From Phoronis australis (taxonomy: Eukaryota > Animalia > Phoronida), in the NCBI GenBank assembly GCA_002633005.1, contig NMRA01000305.1, forward strand, positions 62,001 through 126,000: DNA of 64,000 bases, given 5' to 3'. Below, piece after piece: positions 24,911-35,000 of this stretch; within the stretch, counting starts at the first letter, position 1, and the number at the start of each line of letters is the position of its first letter. A program made the translations under genes and the position numbers. The notes under the pieces were generated by a model. That model was given only the letters and a program-made list of their open reading frames with translations, did no database searches and was not told the DNA's origin.

Positions 24911-26073
24911 GTTAAAGGAGAATGCCACCCAAAAAACAACCTATTTTGTATCAATTTAGATCGAGTAATTCTACTCGATAACGAGACGTTCGGTTGCGTT
25001 ACCTGACACCTGATGGCAGACGGAGGTGTTGAAATTATCCAATGACGTCAGTGGTTTCACACGCAGTCTGTTCAGCAGTTCACAACCCGGGTTACTGGTG
25101 TAAGCTCATGGGTTGAATTCATCGTTTAACACCAATGAATCATCAAACTTCGATGTAAAACTCTTAAAAATACATCGAGTTCTTATAAAAACGTGTTGTT
25201 TTATTTCGCTGTTGCGGATTTATTGGTATTTGGACACACTACAGCCTACAAAATTCGGCAGGCCAATTTACCAAGGTCCGGAACAGGAGTTTGGGGTCTG
25301 CTCGGAGATAAATTCGAAGTATTCTTCCGTGAAATACAGACAGGAGAACCTAGATCTGTGTGGTTTAGACTTGTGAATTTTTTAGTTCTGAACACACAAA
25401 ACGCTTGTCAGTTATCCCGGCCAGTGGTTCGGAACTCGATCAGGCCCGTCACGTCGCGGCCGGACTGACTCGTTATCCCGGCCAGTGGCTCGGAACCCGA
25501 TCAGGCCCGTCACGGCCGCCGGGACTGGCACGAACATAACTGAACCAGCTTGAGTTGGAAACTAAACCTCCAGTCGCGAAAAGACTATAATAATGACCCA
25601 AAGAAATAATGTACACGTAATTATTTATGTGAACTAGCCACGAAACTGAAAATCCACTTGCTTGTCGGGGGCCGCGCCGAAGTCTGGTTCCCCTTCCACA
25701 GACACAGGTTGTACCGTGAGAAACAATTATTTGAATAATGTATTTGTATTTCTAAATAAAGGTTCCCCTAACATGTGACCACAGCATATAAAATAGAGTA
25801 ATTGTTTCACAAGAGCTTTCTGTCAGCAAACACTGAATTAGCATGCGCTCACACGGCCTCGGTGCCCGGTCAGTTACCTTTATTGCATCTATGGAAAACC
25901 GGTAACGCAGTGGTTTATTCATTGCTGGCTTCTCAAAACATTTGCACTCACGAATACTCCAAAGGTATTACAAATTGTTTCTAATGAGACAGACTTTGTT
26001 TCAGTTTGATATAAACATTGTTATGGTGAGAATAATGCATTTTGAAACTGAACGCAGAATAATAAACGTCAAC

Positions 26074-26240
26074 ATAGCAACTCGCAATCTCGACTTAAGG
26101 ATCAGAACTCATCCGACGATGACTTCACTGGTGGATCGTTAGGTTTCAAAGGCTATCAGTTCGATCCGGAATACGCTGATCACGAAATACTAGATTGGCG
26201 CCGTGAACATGCACAGGCAACGGAACTGACGTATGGATAG
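26074..26240 (+). pseudogene. N-terminal remnant of a KolX-like accessory gene (copies ~26942-27085, ~27547-27712, ~28441-28585)
   Basis: Frameshifted translation ...SSDDDFTGGSLGFKGYQFDPEYADHEILDWRR; a Y-x-F-E/D-P-E-Y motif after an acidic stretch resembles the N-termini of Kolobok accessory (KolX, P2X7-ballast-like) proteins; convergent with the THAP remnant. Confidence 0.5.
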
Positions 26241-26262
26241 TTCTTTGAAAAGCCGGCATTCG

Positions 26263-26481
26263 TCACGTATGGTCAGAAAAATCACTGTCTACGAAATGCC
26301 GGCCACAGACACGGAGATGTTTCACGGCCTCATACTTGCTATTTACAGCGTACATTTCATTCTTCATTACCGCGAGCCACTTTCTAAGCATTTCGGGCTC
26401 TCGAGGAAGTCGAAAAAACGATATACCTGCTTTCCTCGCAGCTTCATAGTTCGTACACGCGGGAACAATGCACCACAACAT
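26263..26481 (-). pseudogene. THAP zinc-finger remnant of Kolobok transposase (copies 27102-27344, 27755-27958, 28643-28846)
   Basis: WCIVPACTN...FFRLP...LRKWL...RVCGRHF is the C2CH THAP signature with the conserved P, W and F; no catalytic domain follows. Confidence 0.85.
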
Positions 26482-26657
26482 AGCGACATTAACTCTGCAG
26501 ATGAACCACTGACGTCGCTGCGTCGTTTCTCACCTTCCTCACAGGTTAACGCGACACCTCTCGGTAAGGTAAGGTCGACTGTATGCGAGGCGATGTGGAT
26601 ATAGACCGATTAAGACGGTAAAAATGACTAATTAAATCGGGTGGCATGCTCCTTTAA

Positions 26658-28130
26658 AGGAGCATGCCACCCAAAAGACAACCTAATTTGAATCAATTTA
26701 GATCGAGTAGTTTTACTCCATAACGACACCTGACGGCAGACGAAGGTGTTGAAATGATCCAATGACGTCATTGGTTTCACACGCAGTATGTTCAGCAGTT
26801 CACAACACGGGCTACTGGTGTCAGCTTTTCGCTTGAAGTCATCGTTTAACACCAATAAATCACCAACTTCTATGTAAAACCCTTAAAAATACACCGAGAA
26901 TAATTCATTTTGAAACAGAACGCTCAGTAATAAACGTCAACATGGCAACTCGCAATTCCGACTTAGGACGAGCTAGAGCTAATCAGTCCCGACTTCGCAG
27001 GTGGATCGTTAAGTTTCACAGGCTATCAATTCGAACAATACTGTGATTAAGGAATAATAGAGAGGCGCCGTCAACAAGCTCATACAACGGAACGTATGGA
27101 GTTATTTGGTAAGCGTGCATTCGTCAGGCACTGTCCACGTCTGCAGGCCACAGACACGGAGATGTTTTACGGCCTCATACTTGCTACTTACAGCGTAAAT
27201 TTCATTCTTCACTACCATGAGCCACTTCTTAAGCTTTTCAGACTCTTGAGGAAGTAAAAAAACGATATACCCGCTTTCCTCGCAGCTGCTTAGTTCGGAC
27301 AAGCGGGAACGATGCACCGCAACATAGCGGCATTCACTCTGCATATTGTAACGGGAATCGGTGGAGCGACCAGCACCGATCTACTTAGTTTCTAAAATGT
27401 CGACTGTTCGTAGCCGATAAAAATATTTGCAGCGNGGCATTACAAATTGTTTCTAATGAGACAGACTTTGTTTCAGTTTGATATAAACATTGGTTAGGGT
27501 GAGAATAATTCATTTTGAAACTGAACGCAGAATAATAAACGTCAACATAGCAACTCGCAATCTCGACTTAAGGATCAGAGCTCATCCGACGATGACTTCA
27601 CTGGTGGATCGTTAGGTTTCAAAGGCTATCAGTTCGATCCGGAATACTCTGATCACGAAATACTAGATTGGCGCCGTGAACATGCACAGGCAACGGAACT
27701 GACGTATGGATAGTTCTTTGAAAAGCCGGCATTCGTCACGTATGGTCAGAAAAATCACTGTCTACGAAATGCCGACCACATGCAGACACGGAGATGTTTC
27801 ACGGCCTCATACTTGCTATTTACAGCGTACATTTCATTCTTCATTACCACGAGCCACTTTCTAAGCATTTCGGGCTCTCGAGGAAGTCGAAAAAACGACA
27901 TACCTGCTTTCCTCGCAGCTTCATAGTTCGTACAAGCGGGAACAATGCACCACAACATAGCGGTATTAACTCTGCAGATGAACCACTGACGTCGCTGCGT
28001 CGTTTCTCACCTTCCTCACAGGTTAACGAGACACCTCTCGGTAAGGTAAGGTCGACTGTATGCGAAGCGATGTGGATATATACCGATTAATACGGTAAAA
28101 ATGACTAATTAAATCGGGTGGCATTCTCCT
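26658..28130. mobile_element. Apparent Kolobok unit 2, a chimera across an N join (probable haplotype duplication)
   Basis: Left half copies the start of unit 3, right half copies the end of unit 1, and the switch falls exactly at N27435. Confidence 0.6.
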
Positions 28131-28134
28131 TTAA

Positions 28135-29643
28135 AGGAGCATGCCACCCAAAAAACAACCTAATTTGAATCAATTTAGATCGAGTAGTTTTACTCCATAA
28201 CGACACGCACGGTTGCGTTACCTGACACGTGACGGCAGACGGAGGTGTTGAAATGATCCAATGACGTCATTGGTTTCACACGCAGTCTGTTCAGCAGTTC
28301 ACAACACGGGCTACTGGTGTCAGCTTTTCGCTTGAAGTCATCGTTTAACACCAATAAATCACCAACTTCGATGTAAAACCCTTAAAAATACACCGAGAAT
28401 AATTCATTTTGAAACAGAACGCTCAGTAATAAACGTCAACATGGCAACTCGCAATTCCGACTTAGGACGAGCTAGAGCTAATCAGTCCCGACTTCGCAGG
28501 TGGATCGTTAAGTTTCACAGGCTATCAATTCGAACATGAATACTGTGATTAAGAAATAATAGAGAGGCGCCGTCGACAAGCTCATACAACGGAACGTATG
28601 GAGTTATTTGGTAAGCCGGCATTCGTCAGGCACTGTCCACGTCTATAGGCCACAGACACGGAGATGTTTTACGGCCTCATACTTGCTACTTACAGCGTAA
28701 ATTTCATTCTTCACTACCATGAGCCACTTCTTAAGCTTTTCGGACTCTCGAGGAAGTAAAAAAACGATATACCCGCTTTCCTCGCAGCTGCTTAGTTCGG
28801 ACAAGCGGGAACGATGCACCGCAACATAGCGGCATTCACTCTGCATATTGTAACGGGAATCGGTGGAGCGACCAGCACCGATCTACTTAGTTTCTAAAAT
28901 GTCGACTGTTCGTAGCCGATAAAAATATTTGCAGCGTTGTGTACTTTTTCACTCGTTCGAATCGCATACGAGAGAACCACGGTGACAACTTATAGAGAGT
29001 GAAACATGAGAGAAGATAAATATACTGAATTTTATTATGCAATATATATGAAACACAAATCTACAAACTTACAACTCATCGCTAACTTCCGTCGACTTCG
29101 CAGCTTTAACTTTTAACCCAAAGAATTTATAAACAAGAAGAATTCGTTAAAAACGCAAGTCCAAATTTGAAAGGCCCAAACAGTTAGTTTGCTTGGCTGA
29201 GATTCCTTGCGGATAGAGTCGAGACCCGGCAGAAACCGAAGTTTTAGCGTGAGGGGCCATTTTTATAGGCTTATTCGCACCGCGAATGTTCCAAATTACG
29301 CTAAAATAGGGATCTCAAGTTAAATGTAAAACCAATCAAAACAGAACTAAAAATTTCGTCATCGGAAGTCCCATATACGGAATTGACCAACTTACACCCC
29401 TTTAAAATATAACACACTCTAGCTTCTGGAACTAAACTGACGACTCGTCCTCACTCACGACTCCATCAATAGACGGCGCTACCGTCACAATATGAACCAC
29501 TGACGTCGCTAGCGTTGTTTCTCACCTTCCTCACAGGTTAACGCGACACCTCTTGGCAAGGTAAGGTCGACCGTATGCGAGGCGATGTGGATAGACTGAT
29601 TAAGACGGCAAAAAAGACTAATTAAATCGGATAGCATTCTCCT
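28135..29643. mobile_element. Non-autonomous Kolobok DNA transposon, unit 3 (second subfamily)
   Basis: TTAA | AGGAGCATGCCACCC ... GGATAGCATTCTCCT | TTAA; diverged THAP and KolX-like remnants; contains a solo LTR. Confidence 0.85.
28849..29489 (-). mobile_element. Solo LTR (641 bp) nested in the Kolobok element
   Basis: TGTAACGG...CCGTCACA termini with 4-bp TSD ATAT (28845-28848, 29490-29493); absent at the homologous point of unit 1 (CTCTGCAGATGAACCAC); minus-strand TATAAAA near 29262 and AATAAA near 29032. Confidence 0.85.
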
Positions 29644-30429
29644 TTAACGTTTTCGTTTTAAAAAACTATTAATTTTGTTTGGATTAAAAAATGCGCCTCT
29701 GCAACGATTTCACTGGTTTTTAGGCAACCACCAAGTGAATACACATATCCACATAGAGCCTCTGTTTTGTGGTGATTTATTTGCAGTGTGTGATCAGATC
29801 TCGCGAGTTTTGGACAATAATAATTGCAAAGATTGATATTTTTTCATTTTTGACAGTCTTTAGTAGTCTTACAAAGGTCCACCCTGTCCCAAAATTTCCT
29901 TGAATTTATCCATGTTAGAGAACTTTAAAATGATGAAAATTTTAATTGGGGCAAGTTATCTTGTACAAAAAAGTCAAGTTTCACTTGTCTGCTATGTTGC
30001 ATCATAAAAAGGTGCGATTTTACTGCAATTCTCTAGCTATAGCAGGGCCATCACGAAACGCTTGTGCCTTTTCTACTAGTGAATAATCCCCACATTAGGA
30101 CATTTTTTGTGATGTTTTAGCTGAGGTTTTCTGTCAGGGAGCCACCGAAACCCACCACATTGAGCAGACGATAATGGAAGGTCGTGACACTGAAAAAGGC
30201 CATGAGTGTATTGAGTGAACAGAGGCAAGAATCACTGTCTAATGTCAACAGCAGGCTTGATGACACAGTTAATTCAACAAAGGACTTCCTGGTAGGTGGT
30301 ACCATCTTTGGTCAACTATCAGAAGTGAAGTCAACATTTACCATTTAAAGTCAATTTATAAAACACTAAACATGTCACAGGCTCCTTTCACACACTAAAT
30401 TATTAAATGCCACATTCATGTGGCTGTGA

Positions 30430-30518
30430 TTTATTTATTTATTATTTATTTATTATTGTGATATTTAAAATGAGGGTGGCCTCTTCAGTGATAGCACTGC
30501 TTTCCAAGAGGGCCCTCA
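30430..30518 (-). mobile_element. ~88-bp LINE-3'-end-like element with (AATA)n tail; second copy 54681-54769 (+)
   Basis: Two near-identical copies (2 mismatches) with a nested stem-loop followed by an AATAAATAAAT-type tail, as in L2/CR1-type 3' ends. Confidence 0.65.
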
Positions 30519-30769
30519 CGAAATGTAGCCGTTAACACACAGAATTCAAAAGCCAAATTGTGCACAACAGTTTTGAAGATCCCTTTATTTGTGTGGAGTC
30601 ATTTTTCCGAGAAACGCTGTGGATCATCCGATGATAGCCCAATGACCGCTTTTACAGACCAAAACAAATTATTAATGGACCCTATATGAACCATTTACTG
30701 AACCCAAATTTATAGAAGTGTAAGGCAAACACTGTTTCCCATGAAAACCTGGTGCAGTTTTCAAAGGGG

Positions 30770-31040
30770 ACCAGATTCACAGCTTGTTTTAACAGTGCTA
30801 CTAACAGGGCTGATTTCAACAGGAGCATACACAGTACTACTTTGAACTGTACCGCACACAACATTGAGTTCACACTGTTATGTGTGGTACTGTTCAAAAC
30901 TGCTTCGTGAACAGAACAAGTATGAACACAACTAATTTTGAACAATACCATATACATAACGTATTTGAACAGTACTGATTTGAACACCATCATAATGTAC
31001 ACTACTGATTTGAACAGCACTACACAGAGCACTGATTTAG
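30770..31040. repeat. Degenerate ~30-bp tandem repeat (ACTGATTTGAACA core)
   Basis: Recurring (A)CTGATTTGAAC / TTTGAAC units; explains the spurious ORF 30682-31044. Confidence 0.6.
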
Positions 31041-32062
31041 ACAAAATAACATGTAAAGAATTAATTTGAGCCGCACAACTACCAGTTAAACTTTACAAGG
31101 TTTTGTCTTTTTTTCAAACCAATAATTTACAAGAGTCAATAAAATCAAGGTAATTTTAGAGCCATTGTAGACTAGTCATTCCAGATGTTCTCATCACTAG
31201 GTGAACATTACAACCTTGGTAATCCAGTAACATAATTAGAGGCAGTGACTTAGTCAACAAACTGGCCAATAGATTGCCTACCGTTGCAGTCTTTGAGACA
31301 ACAGGAATTATTTAAAATGTTGATCATGCTCATTGCTGTGTTCATGGCCTTTACATTTCAGGCATGAATGAGAGGTGAGGGCTGAAGACCAAGTAATTCT
31401 TCTTTTGCTATTTTAAAAATTTCAATCCACTTCAGATATTGTCGACTTATCATGCAGTCTGTAACACACTACGAAAACAATTGCGTAGGCATGTCTGTCT
31501 TAAGTAATGTATACGTGTCATCTGATATGCCATACACCGAATGTGACAAGACAACTCAGCAACTCTTCCTGAGATAATCATTTTCAACGTCGTTGTTAAA
31601 TTGGCTACAAACCAACCATCTGTCACAAAAACAGCTATAAAGTGAGAACGCTTGCAATGAAATTGGTCACAAATTGTCTCTCAGCCAAAATGAAAGTGAC
31701 TTCTGGGCGTACAAATAACTCGACAGTTTACTGCTGCTCAAGACCAGTGTCTAAACGTTGATTTGATACGCGCGTCACTTTACGCGCAGAGCATGGTCTC
31801 TGGCAATAACACACTGTCTGTTCTTTGCAAGGTCTTATATCACTTCTCATCTGTGTAAGAAGCAAGTTGAGACAATTTTTACAACCGTAATTCGTCAAAA
31901 TAAAAACTGAATTTCTTTGACGGAATACAGGATTCTGCCAGTTATTGCGCGGGTCGCCAATTTCACACCGGAAAACCCCAACTAGGCTTTTTCAAGGTGT
32001 TTCTTTTCGGGACAGCATATCAATCTCTGACATCGTCTCCAGTGACAGGGATGAGTAAGCCC

Positions 32063-35000
32063 TCAGTAGTTCTTCTTGAGCTGTTCATTTTCAAACCTCA
32101 GTCGTTCAACCTCAGCCACTAGCTGCTCGTTAACTGAATAGTGCTGAATCAGCTTCTTCATCTCTTCCTGCAAAATGACATGTCACGAGAAATTTAAAAA
32201 AAGACCCTCTTGTGAGACGTCATGCTCACTTGGGCCAGGTGGAAACACCAGTTACTGTGGTATGAGTGGATGGCATTGTTCCAGCTGGCCCAGGATGAGG
32301 TGCTGGTTTATCACAGGTTTCTGCGAATTGAGTGGACGGCGGTGTTTCTACTAGCCCAAGGCGAGGTTCTGGTCTCCCACAGGTTTCTGCAGTGTGAGTG
32401 GATGGCAGTGTTTCATGGCCCAGGATGAGGTCCTGGTCTATTGCATGTTACTACCCATCCACACCTGTGGCTCATTTTGCACATCCGAATTAGTTGGAGT
32501 AATGCAGGTTACGAGCCTTACTCAAGGACAAGACCATAAACCTGAAGCAGTCGGGGATGGAACCTATGAACTGTTGGTTGAGAGTACACCATCACTGCTT
32601 AGTTACAAGTTCGGGATGCCTTACTGTACTCAAGCAGTATCACAAATACAATAAAATACAACACGATACCAAATGTAACATTAAGTTGCTATTCATGAAG
32701 CTAATCGAAGGTCAATCCAAGATGTCGTTGTATATTAACCACTTTGAGGCTCAAAAGCTTCAAGCCACGTTTCAGAAAGATGTCAGTAATAACTACAACT
32801 GATGACTCATCAGTAACCAGCGAACTGTAATACATATACATATGGATGAAAATTTAAGTTTTAAATATCTTGTTACAGACCTATTTGTAATTAGAAAGGC
32901 CAATGCACAGCTAAATTTTCTCCAATGCAGAAATTTGGACAAACCATGCAGCAAAGCTATTTTACTTTTTTTAATATCTCATTGTGAAGTTATTATTGAG
33001 CGAAGTTTAGACAACGTGACTATTATCTTGGGACATCCCATTTCACATAAATGGAAAGTGGCAAATGTTTTGAATTAAATTTTACGACCCTCAGAAAAGC
33101 CAAGATGCGAAATGAGGCAAGTTCTTGTTTTCTATGGTTATGCGGTGGTCAGAATGGAGCTCACATTTGTCTTTTGACTAATAATAAACCACTACTGTAA
33201 CATTCTTACTTTAAAAGTTGTGTCGTTTTCATCCGCCAAACCTGCATTCAAACTAGACTTAAAGCTATAATTCTTTAGAGTGACACTTCTATGAGCTAGA
33301 ACTTAACTAGTTCACATAAAGTTCAACTGAGCAGAGCAAGTTTATTGCACCACATATCGCATAACATTTACGTGGCTCATGTGAGCAACAAATCTGCTTC
33401 TTCCTTAGGGCAAATCTCCAAATTTCTCAAAGATCCTGGAAGGGATTGAGGAGATACTGCTACAGATGCCGGACGTCAGTCAGAAGTGAGGGTAATTTAT
33501 ATTATCACATACCAACGGCAGCTAATCAATTATTAATTATCTTTCTCCCAAATTGAAGAAATTTTCCGGTACACGGTAAGAGATTTAAGCAAAAGATTGT
33601 TCCTTTACCTGATGCGTGTAGAACTGCTTGATCATATCCACGTGTAAGTTGAGAATATCTCGTCGCATCTGGTCACGCACTTCGTCCATGGCGTCCTCTA
33701 TCATGTTCTTGACAAACTCCATGTGGAATGGCTGGGTGGCTGAGGCATCACCTGGCATCCGGATGGCTGAGGCATCCCCCGGAGTCCGTATAGCTGAGGC
33801 GTCCTCCGGAGTCCGACTGGCCCCGGCGCTGGCACCCTCTCCAGCACCAACAAATGCTGTTGAGGATTCTGAAAGAAGAATCCCTTCAGACTAATGTGGT
33901 CAAGGACAAGACAATTAAAACGCAAAAGAAATATTGACAACAACAAATCATTTGAAATTTAATCCCAGACTTAAACCCAAATTTTCAAATCTTTCGATTT
34001 TTCACAGAGACCGCCGTTTTTTCCGCAAACATGAATGAAACTTGCAAATCTTGTTTGGGATTTTCTTTCAAAGCATTTCAGTTCAAACCCAACTCACTGT
34101 CCCTAGCACAGATTGAAAGGTGGCATGTACTGCCTAAGTGATGTCGTACACACGCGTTTTATTTCTTAATTTCATCAAAATGTGACCAAGAGTTTTTGAG
34201 ACATCGAGTGGATTACTGAACGCCGCACAGGATGACAACGGCTTGCATGCAAAAACTGTGGGCACATAAAACTTTTCGCTGAACTTCACCCCCGTTCTCA
34301 CCAACAGGTAGCTGGAATCTTGTCCTTGGCTCAGAGTCACCAATTGATCGCCTGGGAGAGTTTCCATTGACCAGTTCAGTGTCCGACTTAGCAAACCTGC
34401 TTTCAACGGCAGACGAGACAGACCTTGATGGGGATGGAACACTGTTAGCACTATTAGCGACACCTTGCAGGGAAGGAACACTGCCAGCGACACCTGGCGG
34501 GGTAGGAGCACTGCTAGCCACAACTGACGAGGAAGGAACACTGCTAGCGACACCTTGAGATGAACCTATAACACAGGAAATATATACCAATGCAATTACA
34601 CAACAACTTAAGAAAAGTGAGCCAGAAAAACATAGAAAGAGCATTCCATAACATCTTAGTCAATGTAAGATGGCACTAGTCGGATATAACGTGCCCACAT
34701 TTTGAGAACCAGTTTGATGCCCGTTACCCAGTGGAGAAAACTGGTTCTCAAAATTCGGGCATGTTATATCCGACCATTACCATGTAATACTACCCTGGCT
34801 ACGAGTAAACATCGATGGACTTGCTTCACGAAACTTACTAGCTCTTACCTTGGATTGAAAGCCTGCTAACGTGTTAAAATCTTACAAATTTTGGACGTAA
34901 TGTTTTTCCACATTCACGTTCTGCACCATAGCGGCCACTAGATACCATTTTAAACGTTTATGGACATTCACAATAATCTTAGAAGCCCTTGAAAAATGGC

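Larger units (their letters stand above)
24916..26653. mobile_element. Non-autonomous Kolobok DNA transposon, unit 1
   Basis: TTAA | AGGAGAATGCCACCC ... GGGTGGCATGCTCCT | TTAA (15-bp TIR, AGG termini); internal THAP remnant on - and KolX-like remnant on +. TTAA target, purine-purine termini and a THAP transposase are established Kolobok hallmarks. Confidence 0.85.

Noticed and set aside
26658-28130. A genuine third Kolobok unit or THAP gene cluster
   Set aside because: Chimeric exactly at an N and duplicating its neighbours; the THAP copies are truncated transposon remnants, not host genes.
30121-30348. Possible plus-strand exon (LRFSVREPPKPTT...)
   Set aside because: In-frame stop, no partner exons and no recognisable family.
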